Part shown: positions 28,357 to 37,826 of the stretch, in pieces
How the letters are laid out: the number at the start of each line of letters is the position of its first letter
How positions within the stretch are numbered: the first letter of the stretch is position 1
NCBI GenBank assembly: GCA_044376115.1
Contig: JBILLK010000023.1
Location: 105,328 to 169,327, forward strand
Reading direction: 5' to 3'
Length of the DNA: 64,000 nucleotides
From: Polyangiaceae bacterium
GTDB lineage: Bacteria > Myxococcota_A > Polyangia > Polyangiales > Polyangiaceae
Translations under genes and position numbers: made by a program
The notes under the pieces: model-generated
The model's input: only the letters and a program-made list of their open reading frames with translations
What the model was told of the DNA's origin: nothing
Database searches by the model: none

Positions 28357-29802
28357 ATGAAAGCGATCCGAGCCCTCAACGTCGCTTGGCTGATGACGGC
28401 GGTGGGACTTTGCGCCTGCGGTGATAGCCAAGCTGCGAGCAACGATGGCGGCTCGAACAGCGCCACCACCTCGTCGAACGGCGGGGGTGGGCAGGGCGCT
28501 GGGAGTATGGGCACGGCCGGAGCTGGCGGCGCTGGTGCCGGCGGGAGCGAGCCGAGCGCGCTGTCCGCGACGCTGCAAGACGTGAGCTTCCGCTGCAAGC
28601 TGCTGTCGGGCGCCTTCCTCGAGGACCCAACCGAAAATGCCGTCCAAACGCGCTTCAACCTCAAAGGCAGCGACCTCGGGATTCCGCTTTTGTTGGGGTC
28701 GGATTTGCATCTCTTCTTCGGCGACAGCGTTGGCTACAAGCTGATCTGGGACTTTGGCGAAGACCCGGACGCCGTCGCTCACCTGCCGCTGGCCAACGTC
28801 CAGAGCGACGTAGAGAGCCTGTGCCGCGACCTCGAGTTTTACCTAACGCCGGACATGCCGAGCGTGGCCAACGGCGTGGATGCGGCGATTGAACGGGACT
28901 TCGCCGGCGCGTCGATGACGCCTCCTGCAGGCCAACCGATCGAGGATTACATCGCACAACCAGCTGGCCCGTTCGCGAACTTGCCGGGCACCTTCGAGGT
29001 GCCGTCGGGAGCGCTGGCACAGGAAGGGAAGGCCTACTTGTTTTACACCGGCCTGGTTGAAGTCGCGCCGACGACCCGCGCCACGCTCAGCTACCTCGCC
29101 CGTTGGGACGCGCCCGGCGCCAGCACCCCGAACTATCAGATCGTTCGCCCGGTGGACGCGCTCGAGGGAGGCGCGCTCGGTGGTCACTTCTTGCAGGTGG
29201 CCCCGGTCGAGTACGAAGGCGCGCTCTATTTGTTCGGCAGCGGAGACTATCGGCGGAGCGGCGTTTATCTGGCTCGGCTCGACGCGGCCGAGCTCGAAAC
29301 AGGCAACGGCACAGCGCTGTTCGACCCAGCCGCCGGCGACTTTCAAGAGGCCGCCGCGCTCAATCAAGAACAACGGGAAGCCGTTCAACCGCTGTTCGAA
29401 CAAGACGGCGTGGGTGAGCTGAGCGTCGCCTTCATCCCCGAGGCCGGTGCCCTCGTAGCGCTCTACCAACGTGAGTTGCGTGATGAAGCCGGGAGCATCA
29501 TCGATAACCGCCTTTTGGTGCGCGTCGCCGTTGCGCCCGAGGGCCTCTGGAGCGAGCCCGTCACTGTCATCGACATGGCCGACCCGAGCTTCCAACAAGC
29601 GCATTGTTGCGCTGAGACCTGCCCCGGCGACCAGCTGCTTCACTGCGATCGCGCGGGGTTGTATGGCGCTTACCTGCTGCCTGCGACGAATTTCGCGCCA
29701 GCAGCGGATGGCGGCGTGCTCGAGCTGCCGTTCCTCGTCTCGACCTGGGACCCCTACAACGTGGTGCTGTTCTCGACGCGCATTGTGTTGGGTAGTCAGT
29801 AG
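28357..29802 (+). CDS. DUF4185 domain lipoprotein (beta-propeller glycoside hydrolase-like)
   Basis: GSDLGIP...FFGDS N-terminal motif, GELSV, LYGAY, VSTWDPYNV C-terminal motif. Confidence 0.65.
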   Translation: MKAIRALNVAWLMTAVGLCACGDSQAASNDGGSNSATTSSNGGGGQGAGSMGTAGAGGAGAGGSEPSALSATLQDVSFRCKLLSGAFLEDPTENAVQTRFNLKGSDLGIPLLLGSDLHLFFGDSVGYKLIWDFGEDPDAVAHLPLANVQSDVESLCRDLEFYLTPDMPSVANGVDAAIERDFAGASMTPPAGQPIEDYIAQPAGPFANLPGTFEVPSGALAQEGKAYLFYTGLVEVAPTTRATLSYLARWDAPGASTPNYQIVRPVDALEGGALGGHFLQVAPVEYEGALYLFGSGDYRRSGVYLARLDAAELETGNGTALFDPAAGDFQEAAALNQEQREAVQPLFEQDGVGELSVAFIPEAGALVALYQRELRDEAGSIIDNRLLVRVAVAPEGLWSEPVTVIDMADPSFQQAHCCAETCPGDQLLHCDRAGLYGAYLLPATNFAPAADGGVLELPFLVSTWDPYNVVLFSTRIVLGSQ

Positions 29803-29894
29803 GCGGTGCCGAGGAGCCTCTCAGGTGCGCGCCTTCGGCGAATGGGCCGGATCTGCAACGACGTCTGCTTGTGGTGCAGCCGAGCACGCGAAGA

Positions 29895-31142
29895 TCAGGG
29901 CGCGCAGACGGCGAGGTGAACTGCCTGATTGGTGACCAACACGACGTGGATGACGCCGCTTGCATCGATCACGATTTCACGACCGAAGGCGCCGCCCTCC
30001 ACCGGGATGACCTCGCTCGTCCACTCCGCGTTCTCGCGCCGATAAAGCAACGCCGCGTCGGGCAAGATGTAGGGCGTGCCATCCGGTGCCACCGCGGTTC
30101 GGGTCGAACTCACGTCGGCCAGCGGGTCGACCTCGTTGGTGGTGAACGTCCCCGAGGCATTGTCGGTCATCACGACGGGAAAGGCGAAGCCACTGGTCGC
30201 GTGCGCGACGAACACCGTCGAGTCGGCACCGACGGCAACACTTGGGTACGCGCCGCCGCTCGCGACGATCGGCGTGAAGGGCTCACTCGATAGATCGGCT
30301 GAATGCAGGAGCGCGCCGTTGCTCTCGTAAACGCCGTGCACCGCTCCGTTCGGCCCGAGTGCAACTCCCGGGTCCCAAGCGACGTCGCCCACGGGCGCAC
30401 CGCCGCTAAAGCTCGCGCTGCCGGACCACGAGAGCACAGTGCCTCGCGGATGGAGCAACGCAGTCACGCCGCTGGCGGTCGCCGCGAGATCGGCATCGGC
30501 CACATGAACCCCGTCTGGCGGGCTGAGGACGTTGACAGCCCATCCGCCTGCCTCCTGCGTCGCAAGACGTACGCCCTCCTCGAGCGGCGCTTCATAAAGC
30601 ACCACGGCCGACGACGGCCCCTGCGCCGCGACCACGAAATCCGGCTCATGACCTTCGAAGCTGTCGACGTCGAAACGCTCGAAGCCGTTCGCGGTCTCGC
30701 GGATCCAGCGAACGCCGCCCTCGGCCGCGACGGCGATTCCGGCGCGCCCCGCATCGTCGAGCACGAGGTCGGCGGTGCGCGTGAACTCCAACGCAAACGA
30801 CGAGATCGTCCAGCAGCCGCTGCTCGTCACGGTGGGAACGATGGGCGTGCCTGCAGTGCCGCCGCCGGTGCCTCCGCTCCCGCCAGCGTTGCTACCGCCA
30901 GCGTTACTGCCGCCTGAGGGCCCAGTACCCGAACCACCGGTGGAGGCCCCACCGCTGTTGCTCCCACCGCTGCCGTCGCTATCGCCGCAGGCTGTTGCGA
31001 CGAGGAGCAAGCTCAGCAAGCAAACGTTGGGAAACCGGCGGAGGGTTTGGAGACCAAAATAGGAAGCATGAAGCCTCCATAGCGTGTTGCGTTGTCGGCC
31101 GCAGCTGCTGGGGCGATGCGACGTGGTAGCGACTGACACCAC
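29895..31142 (-). CDS. Hypothetical beta-rich lipoprotein; true start probably downstream of 31142
   Basis: Lipobox ATAC, Gly-rich linker, repeated 'xALxxxGxxHxxY'-like blades. Confidence 0.6.
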   Translation of the reverse strand: MVSVATTSHRPSSCGRQRNTLWRLHASYFGLQTLRRFPNVCLLSLLLVATACGDSDGSGGSNSGGASTGGSGTGPSGGSNAGGSNAGGSGGTGGGTAGTPIVPTVTSSGCWTISSFALEFTRTADLVLDDAGRAGIAVAAEGGVRWIRETANGFERFDVDSFEGHEPDFVVAAQGPSSAVVLYEAPLEEGVRLATQEAGGWAVNVLSPPDGVHVADADLAATASGVTALLHPRGTVLSWSGSASFSGGAPVGDVAWDPGVALGPNGAVHGVYESNGALLHSADLSSEPFTPIVASGGAYPSVAVGADSTVFVAHATSGFAFPVVMTDNASGTFTTNEVDPLADVSSTRTAVAPDGTPYILPDAALLYRRENAEWTSEVIPVEGGAFGREIVIDASGVIHVVLVTNQAVHLAVCAP

Positions 31143-31170
31143 GGTGCCAACACATTAGGCTTGCGCAACT

Positions 31171-32607
31171 ATGAACTTGCTTGGCCGTTGGCTACTCGTG
31201 AGCACGGTGCTGAGTGCAGCGACGAACACTGGCTGCATCTTGCTTTACAACGGCGACTCGGAGTCGGGCGGAAACGGCGGGACCAGCACGGGCGGTGCGC
31301 CCAGCGGCGGAGCTGGAGCGGGTGCGGGCGCCGCGCCTGCGGGCGGGAGCGGGGGTGCGGGCGGTAGCGGTGGTGCGGCTAGTTGCGACGAGCCAGGCTA
31401 TTGCGGGCCCGGGAGCACGTGCGAAGCAAGCGGCTTTTGTACGGTGGTGTACACCGAGGCGCCTGAAGCTGTGCAGAGCGTCGCATTCATCCGAGGATCA
31501 GGAGCAGCCCAAGAAGTTGGTCACGTGGTGGCGCACTCGAGCTTGGGGTTTGAGTCACCGGACCGGTTCTCTGCTTGGCCGCTAGCTTTTGGTCAAGGCG
31601 ACCAAGCCCTGGCAGGAACATTAACTTTGGACGACCCGGGCGTCGGCTTCATCGTCCCCGGCGGAGCGGACCACTTTTACTACTTTGGCCAGGGGCAGAA
31701 CTGCGACGTCGATGATCCTGCCGACAGCTGCATCAACGTCTGTTCGATCGACGAGGGCGGAGTCGACTGTTTCCCGCCGCGCGTGCTCACCGGCGGCTCG
31801 CACGTCAACGGCGCGGTGATGGTGCCGAACAACAATCCCTCGAACGCAAGAGTCGCCTTCCTCGAATCCAACGACGCTTCGAGCGAACGACTGCTTCAGG
31901 TGAACCGCGACTGCCTCGAGACCAACCAACAGGATTGCCCGGCCAGCCTCTTGGCCAACTACGCCGCCGACGACTTGCTCGATCCGCTGGGGCTCGACCT
32001 TGATCCTTTCGACGGCTCGCTTTGGTGGAACACCTGGGGCGGCAAAGGCGCGACGGGCGCCTGCGTCTATCGTTACCCATCCCTCGGCAACCTCGGGCAA
32101 TGCCTTCCCACGGCTACTCCCATCCCCCATCCCAACCGTTTGGCGGTCTCCGGCCCGGGCGTCTTCGTCAGCACCTTCACGCCCATGGGCGAGGCGGGCG
32201 CCATCCAACGCATCAACCGCTGCACCCTCGACAACGGCCAGCATACGCTGACCGAGTTCAGTGGCGTGACGTGGCCCGCCGATGCTGACGGCCATTTCCT
32301 GTACGCTGCCGTGCTCGAAACGCCGGGCGCCCTGCGGGTGCTCGATGCCCACACTGGGGAGGCCGTCACCACGCTGTTCGACAAAAACGGAATTCCAATC
32401 AGCGCGGTGGACGCCTCCAACCCGTTTTACGTTCTGTATTCGGCCGGCAATCGCATCTACCGCTGGCGCAAGCCTACGCCGCCCTGTGCCGACCCGCCTG
32501 GCGCCCCCGTATGCGGCAACGGTTGTATCGAGCAAGGCGAAGCCTGCGATGACGGCGACGACGACCCGAGCGACGGTTGCAACGCCTGCCAGTGTGCATT
32601 GCCATGA
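31171..32607 (+). CDS. Cys-rich lipoprotein with a C-terminal Myxococcus cysteine-rich repeat; paralog 1
   Basis: Signal ending TGC, Gly linker, CGNGCIEQGEACDDGDDDPSDGC. Confidence 0.75.
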   Translation: MNLLGRWLLVSTVLSAATNTGCILLYNGDSESGGNGGTSTGGAPSGGAGAGAGAAPAGGSGGAGGSGGAASCDEPGYCGPGSTCEASGFCTVVYTEAPEAVQSVAFIRGSGAAQEVGHVVAHSSLGFESPDRFSAWPLAFGQGDQALAGTLTLDDPGVGFIVPGGADHFYYFGQGQNCDVDDPADSCINVCSIDEGGVDCFPPRVLTGGSHVNGAVMVPNNNPSNARVAFLESNDASSERLLQVNRDCLETNQQDCPASLLANYAADDLLDPLGLDLDPFDGSLWWNTWGGKGATGACVYRYPSLGNLGQCLPTATPIPHPNRLAVSGPGVFVSTFTPMGEAGAIQRINRCTLDNGQHTLTEFSGVTWPADADGHFLYAAVLETPGALRVLDAHTGEAVTTLFDKNGIPISAVDASNPFYVLYSAGNRIYRWRKPTPPCADPPGAPVCGNGCIEQGEACDDGDDDPSDGCNACQCALP

Positions 32608-34055
32608 CAACCTTCCCTCGCCTGTTCCTCCTCCTTACTGCCTGCGCCGTCAGCAGCGCCTGCGGTCTCTTCTTCGACACCGACGCCCTGCGACAGCCAG
32701 GCACAACCGGCGGCGGAGGCAACGGTGGTAACGGTGGCGGGCCAGGAGGAGGAGCGGCCGGCCCGACGATGAACGGCGGCGGTGGTAACGGAGACGGTGG
32801 CTTCGGCGGAAGCGTGGACCCCATCGGCTGCGACGCCCCCGGCTATTGCGGCCCCAGCAGCAGCTGCGAGCCGGACGGCTTTTGCTCGGTGGTTAGCACC
32901 GAGGCGCCCGAAGGCGTGGTGGGCGTCGCCTTTGTCCGCGGCAGCAGCGAAGGTCAAAACGTTGAGCACGTCGCGGTGCATTCGAGCTCGGAGTTCAGCT
33001 CTGCGCATCGGCTCTCCGTCTGGCCGCTGGGGTTCGAGCAGGGCGAATCATACTTGCCCGGCACCGCGCAGCTCGACGACCCCGGCGTCGGCTTCATCGC
33101 CGCCGGCGGACCGGACCACGTTTACTACTTTGGCCAGTTGCAGAGCTGCGACGTCGACGTCGTTCAAGATAGTTGCGTCACCGTCTGTTCAATCGGCGCA
33201 GCCGGAATCGACTGCTTCCCTACTCGGATTCTCACCGGCGGCGCTCAAGTCAACGGTGCCGCGATGGTACCCAGCAACGACCCAAGCCTGGATCGCCTCT
33301 ACTTCGTCGAGTCCAACGACGCGTCCAACGAACGGCTCCAACGAGTGAGCCGTAACTGCCTCGAGACCAACCAACAAGATTGCCCGGCCCAGCTCGCGGC
33401 CAACTACGACGCGCCCGACGCTCTCGACCCGCTCGGGCTCGACCTTGATCCCACCGACGGCTCGCTGTGGTGGAACACCTGGGGTGGAGCCGGCGCGCCG
33501 GGCGCCTGCGTTTACCACTACCCATCGCCCGCTGGGGACATCGTTCCATGCGTTCCCACGGCTCCCCCCATCGACAATCCCAACCGCTTGGCGGTCTCCG
33601 GAGCAAGCGTCTTCGTCGGCACCTTCGACCCTGACGGCGCAGCCGGCCCCATTCAGCGAATTAGCCGCTGCAACGCCGGTAACGCACCGCACCCCGTTAC
33701 CGAGTTCAGCAACGTGACCTGGCCCGCCGACGCCGACAGCAACTTCCTGTACGCAACCACGCTCGATACAAGCGCCGCCCTGCAGGTGATCGACGCCAAC
33801 ACTGGGAACGTCCTCAAAACGCTGTTCGTCGAAGACGGTTCGCCTATCACCACGGTGGACGCCTCCAACCCCTATTACCTGCTGTTTGCCGCCGGCCAGC
33901 GCATCTTCCGTTGGCGCAAGCCGCCATCGCCCTGCGCCGATCCCTCAAGCGAGCCTGCGTGCGGTAACGGCTGTGTGGAGGCAGGCGAATCCTGCGATGA
34001 CGGCAACGACAACCCAAACGACGGTTGCAACGCTTGCCAGTGTGCCACGCCGTGA
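32604..34055 (+). CDS. Cys-rich lipoprotein with a C-terminal Myxococcus cysteine-rich repeat; paralog 2
   Basis: ATGA overlap; colinear similarity to paralog 1; CGNGCVEAGESCDDGNDNPNDGC. Confidence 0.75.
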   Translation: MTTFPRLFLLLTACAVSSACGLFFDTDALRQPGTTGGGGNGGNGGGPGGGAAGPTMNGGGGNGDGGFGGSVDPIGCDAPGYCGPSSSCEPDGFCSVVSTEAPEGVVGVAFVRGSSEGQNVEHVAVHSSSEFSSAHRLSVWPLGFEQGESYLPGTAQLDDPGVGFIAAGGPDHVYYFGQLQSCDVDVVQDSCVTVCSIGAAGIDCFPTRILTGGAQVNGAAMVPSNDPSLDRLYFVESNDASNERLQRVSRNCLETNQQDCPAQLAANYDAPDALDPLGLDLDPTDGSLWWNTWGGAGAPGACVYHYPSPAGDIVPCVPTAPPIDNPNRLAVSGASVFVGTFDPDGAAGPIQRISRCNAGNAPHPVTEFSNVTWPADADSNFLYATTLDTSAALQVIDANTGNVLKTLFVEDGSPITTVDASNPYYLLFAAGQRIFRWRKPPSPCADPSSEPACGNGCVEAGESCDDGNDNPNDGCNACQCATP

Positions 34056-34163
34056 CACAACACGGCTAAAGCCCGACCGACGGGTCCGACCTCCGGCACA
34101 GAACTCGGCACAATCAACGAAAAACCAGCGGTAACAAGCGTGAGCCTGATTGCACCACGCTGT

Positions 34164-34178
34164 TGGCCCAAGGCTTGC
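34164..34178 (+). promoter_or_regulatory. Putative sigma54 promoter
   Basis: TGGCCC-AAGGC-TTGC (GG-N10-GC); CGGCACA direct repeat upstream at 34094 and 34106. Confidence 0.45.
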
Positions 34179-34191
34179 GATGTGGCTCAGC

Positions 34192-35025
34192 ATGACCACC
34201 CGCTTCGCTTCCTCGCTGCTCTTCCTCTTCAGTCTCAGCACCGCCATTGGCTGCGGCACCACCATCTCCGGTGACCTCGAAAACGAGAGTGACGGCGAGA
34301 GTGCTGAAGAAGACGGCACCATCAATGGCTTCACCCCGTGCGCGACCCCCGACCGCCAATGCGGCGAGTACGGCGAGGAGATTCAGTACTGCTTCCTCGA
34401 CGAGGACGGCGCCGAGACCTGGACCGAGTGCTGCTACGTCGAGTTTTCGCCGGAGTGCGAGTGCCCGGCCCCCTGGGCCGATGTCGACGAAGACGTGGAT
34501 TGCAATACGCCGCTCGTTTTGTCCTTCGATCAACGCGCGGTGAGCTTCACCTCGGAGCCCGGCGCCACCTTCAACCTGACCCGGCAAAGCGACGTCAGCG
34601 TGCACACGGATTGGCCGACCTCGGCCACGCCCTGGTTGGCGCTCGACCTCAACAACAACGGCACGATCGATCACGGCGCCGAGCTCTTCGGATCGGCCAC
34701 GCAGGTTGGAGACGCCTTCGCGCCCAACGGCTTCATCGCGCTCGCCGCCCTCGACGAAAACCACGATGGCGTGATCGACTCCGCCGATTCGAAGTTCAGC
34801 GAGCTGTTGATCTGGCGCGACGCCGACCACTCGCGCAGCAGCGACCCCGCCGAGCTTTCACCCGCCTCGCTCGAGTTGCTCGCCATCGACCTCGCCTACA
34901 GCATCGACCGCCGCTGCGACGACCGCGGCAACTGCGAGGTCGAGCGCGCGGCTTTCCGCACCCTCGACGCGCACGGCAAGGTCTCGGTCGGCGCCGTCGT
35001 AGACGTGCACCTTCGTCGTCAGTGA
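34192..35025 (+). CDS. Calcium-binding lipoprotein with an FrpC self-processing-module-like domain
   Basis: Lipobox AIGC; PLVLSFD...DW...LALDLNNNGTIDHGAELFG...NGFIALAALDENHDGVID...FSELLIWRD...IDLAY. Confidence 0.7.
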   Translation: MTTRFASSLLFLFSLSTAIGCGTTISGDLENESDGESAEEDGTINGFTPCATPDRQCGEYGEEIQYCFLDEDGAETWTECCYVEFSPECECPAPWADVDEDVDCNTPLVLSFDQRAVSFTSEPGATFNLTRQSDVSVHTDWPTSATPWLALDLNNNGTIDHGAELFGSATQVGDAFAPNGFIALAALDENHDGVIDSADSKFSELLIWRDADHSRSSDPAELSPASLELLAIDLAYSIDRRCDDRGNCEVERAAFRTLDAHGKVSVGAVVDVHLRRQ

Positions 35026-35100
35026 GCTTCGGCTTGGCTGGGTTTCGACGCAGGGAGCGAGCCGGAGGCGTTCGCTGACCCCCTCCCTGCAGAGCGTCCC

Positions 35101-35150
35101 TTGACCTTATCTTCACGGTGCATATAACTTAGATGCACCATGAAGATAAG
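35101..35150 (+). promoter_or_regulatory. Sigma70-like promoter overlapped by two 21-bp palindromic NrtR-type operators
   Basis: TTGACC-N16-TATAAC; boxes TTATCTTCACGGTGCATATAA (35107-35127) and TTAGATGCACCATGAAGATAA (35129-35149), which match each other as inverted copies at 19/21. Confidence 0.8.
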
Positions 35151-35874
35151 CCCCAAGGCTCAGCCGCCAACGTCGGCGAAACCGCGTGCTTTCGCGGATT
35201 ACCCGCGCCCCTCGGTCGCGGTTGACGTTGTTTGTCTGACCGTGGCCAGCGGGAGAATGTCCGTCCTCTTGTACGAGCGGACCATCGCGCCGAGCAAAGG
35301 GTCGCTGGCGCTACCCGGTGGCTTCGTCGGGATCGACGAGGGGCTGGAGGAAGCGGCGGCTCGGCTCCTGCGTGAAAAGGCGGGCCTTACGCAGGTCTTC
35401 CTCGAGCAGCTCTACACCTTTGGGCACCCCAAGCGCGATCCGCGAGGTCGTGTGATCGCGGTGGCGTATTACGCCTTGCTCGACGCTGCCCGCTTCGGTC
35501 ACGCCACGGCGCTGCAGCTGCCAGTCACGGTGCCTTGGTCTGGAGAGACGGGTGGGCCGGTCGAGGTTCGCGATGCATCGCTCGCCCCACGGAAGCTATT
35601 TCTCGACCACGCCGACGTGATCGGCCTGGCGATCAAGCGACTCCGCGGGAAGCTCGACTACACGCCCATCGGCTTCCAGCTCTTGCCGCAAGAGTTCACC
35701 TTGCGCGCGCTGCAAGACATCCACGAGACGGTGCGCGGCGAGGAGCTCAACAAGGACTCGTTTCGGCGGCGGATGCTGGCCTCCGGGCTGCTCGAAGCCA
35801 CCGGTGCGCGTGAGAGCGAGGTGCTCCATCGCCCGGCGGAGCTTTATCGATTCGTGAAGCGCTCAGCGCTTTGA
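35140..35874 (+). CDS. nrtR: NrtR family NUDIX-wHTH transcriptional regulator
   Basis: SVAVDVV, LPGGFV...EAAARxLxEK (degenerate Nudix box), EQLYTF...RDPRGR, DH, FTLxxLQ, FRRR, RPAxLY. Confidence 0.9.
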   Translation: MKISPKAQPPTSAKPRAFADYPRPSVAVDVVCLTVASGRMSVLLYERTIAPSKGSLALPGGFVGIDEGLEEAAARLLREKAGLTQVFLEQLYTFGHPKRDPRGRVIAVAYYALLDAARFGHATALQLPVTVPWSGETGGPVEVRDASLAPRKLFLDHADVIGLAIKRLRGKLDYTPIGFQLLPQEFTLRALQDIHETVRGEELNKDSFRRRMLASGLLEATGARESEVLHRPAELYRFVKRSAL

Positions 35875-35889
35875 AGGGAGATTGCGAAC

Positions 35890-36918
35890 ATGGCTACCAT
35901 CAAGAGCGTTCCGTTCTTTCGTCACCTACGGGCGGAACCGACCAACTACATCCTGCTTTGGAAAGCGGGCCAGAAGAAGCTCGGGGGCGCAGGCCTCGCC
36001 TTCTGGTTCTCACCGCTCGGCGCAAGCATCGCGGAGGTCCCCCTCGACGACCGAGACCTGACGTTCTGCTTCCGATCTCGTTCGCTCGACTTTCAGGAGA
36101 TCACCGTCAACGGAGTCGTTACCTATCGCGTCAATGATCCGGAGCGGCTGGCACAGCGCATCGACTTCTCCTTGAACACGAAGAGCGGCGGCTACCTGCG
36201 GGACCCGCTCGACCGCCTGGCGCTAGTGGTGAAGGAGCTCGCACAACAGCTGGCCTCGACCGCCCTAGCGCAGCGGCCGCTCGCGAGGCTGTTGGAAGAC
36301 GGCGTGGCTACGCTGCGTGAGCGCATCCACGAGGGCCTGCTTGCGGACGAGACCTTGACCGGCCTTGGCCTTGAGATCGTCGGCACACGCATCGGCTCGG
36401 TGGCGCCCACCCCCGAGATGGAGAAGGCGCTGCAAATGCCCACCCGCGAGCGCATTCAGCAGTCGGCCGACGAGGCGACGTTTCAACGCCGAGCCTTGGC
36501 GGTGGAGAAAGAGCGCGCGATTCAGGAGAACGAGATGTCGACGCAGATCGAGATGGCCAAGCGCGAAGAAACGCTGATCGCGCAGCGCGGCCAGAACGAG
36601 CGAAAGCGCGCCAGCGAACAGACCGAGTCGAAGCGCATCGAGGCCGAGGGTGCAGCCGCCAACGTGCGCGTGAACGCGGCGGCCCAGGCCGAGAGCATCC
36701 GGCTACTCGAGGAGGCTCGCGTGGCCGCAGAGCGAGAACGCATGGAGATCCACCGCAGCCTGCCGCCGGCGATGTTGATGGGCCTCGCGGCCCGCGAGCT
36801 CGCCGGTAAGCTGCACACCATCGAGCACTTGAGCCTGTCTCCAGACGGCTTGAGCGCGCTGCTCGAGCGCGTGCTTGGGGCACAAGCCAAACGGCTCGAG
36901 CAAGGCAAGGGCGTATGA
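35890..36918 (+). CDS. SPFH/Band-7 domain protein (NrtX-like)
   Basis: GAGLAFWF, DFQEITVNG...YRVNDP, long C-terminal coiled coil; no TM segment. Confidence 0.85.
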   Translation: MATIKSVPFFRHLRAEPTNYILLWKAGQKKLGGAGLAFWFSPLGASIAEVPLDDRDLTFCFRSRSLDFQEITVNGVVTYRVNDPERLAQRIDFSLNTKSGGYLRDPLDRLALVVKELAQQLASTALAQRPLARLLEDGVATLRERIHEGLLADETLTGLGLEIVGTRIGSVAPTPEMEKALQMPTRERIQQSADEATFQRRALAVEKERAIQENEMSTQIEMAKREETLIAQRGQNERKRASEQTESKRIEAEGAAANVRVNAAAQAESIRLLEEARVAAERERMEIHRSLPPAMLMGLAARELAGKLHTIEHLSLSPDGLSALLERVLGAQAKRLEQGKGV

Positions 36919-37820
36919 CGACGAAGGGTCGGTTGCCTCCGAGGGCGGTGATTGTCAGCCGGCCCACCGACTACGAGGCGCTGCTGCTACGCCACGGGAC
37001 GCGGGCGCAAGCGAGCTTCTTCCTCGCGAACCAAGGTCAGCGTGTCGAGCCGCTGCTCGAGCGACATGCGTTGCAGCAGGCGGCGCTCCACCAAGTATCG
37101 AACGCCGTTCCCCTGCATTGGCGTCGAGCCAACGTCCCGCGCGCCGATCTCGACCGCTTCTTGTTCGAACCCGAGGATCTGATCTTGGCGGTCGGGCAAG
37201 ACGGCTTGGTGGCCAACGTCGCCAAGTACCTGCGCAACCAAGCGGTGATCGGGCTGAACCCTTCGCTGGAGCTGTTCCCGGGGGTGTTGGTTCGCCACCC
37301 GCCCGGGGCGACACGCGACCTGCTCGCCGATTTCGAGCGAGGAACGCTGGCGACCGAGGAGCGCGCGATGGTCCACGCCGAGCGTGCGGATGGCTCGAGT
37401 TTGCTAGCGCTCAACGAGATCTTCGTTGGGCATCGCACCCACCAGAGCGCGCGTTACACGCTGGGCGTGGGCGAGCAGCGCGAGCGACAATCTTCGTCCG
37501 GCGTACTAATCGCCACCGGCACCGGTTGCACCGGCTGGGCGCGCAGCGTTGCGTTGCGTCGCTCGGGGTGCCCGGAGCTGCCCAGCCCGAACTCGAAGGA
37601 CCTCGTCTTCCTCGTGCGTGAAGCTTGGCCGAGCCGCACCTCGGGCGCTGAGCTCGTGCATGGGCTGCTTGACGAGGCCGGCAAGCTGACCATCGCCTCA
37701 GAGATGAACGACGGCGGAGTCTGCTTCGGCGACGGCATCGAGAGCGACCACCTCGAGCTGCCGTACGGCCAAGTCCTCACCATCCATCGTGCCCCCAACT
37801 CACTCCGCCTAGCGGCCTGA
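36915..37820 (+). CDS. NAD-kinase-fold protein (NrtY-like)
   Basis: VGQDG (GGDG-like), ALNEI, SSGVLIATGTGCTGW, FGDGIE; ATGA overlap. Confidence 0.8.
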   Translation: MTTKGRLPPRAVIVSRPTDYEALLLRHGTRAQASFFLANQGQRVEPLLERHALQQAALHQVSNAVPLHWRRANVPRADLDRFLFEPEDLILAVGQDGLVANVAKYLRNQAVIGLNPSLELFPGVLVRHPPGATRDLLADFERGTLATEERAMVHAERADGSSLLALNEIFVGHRTHQSARYTLGVGEQRERQSSSGVLIATGTGCTGWARSVALRRSGCPELPSPNSKDLVFLVREAWPSRTSGAELVHGLLDEAGKLTIASEMNDGGVCFGDGIESDHLELPYGQVLTIHRAPNSLRLAA

Positions 37821-37826
37821 GGAACC

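Noticed and set aside
35050..35090. GC-rich hairpin upstream of the nrtR promoter as a riboswitch
   Set aside because: It lies upstream of the -35 box, resembles no aptamer I recognise and has no U-tract.
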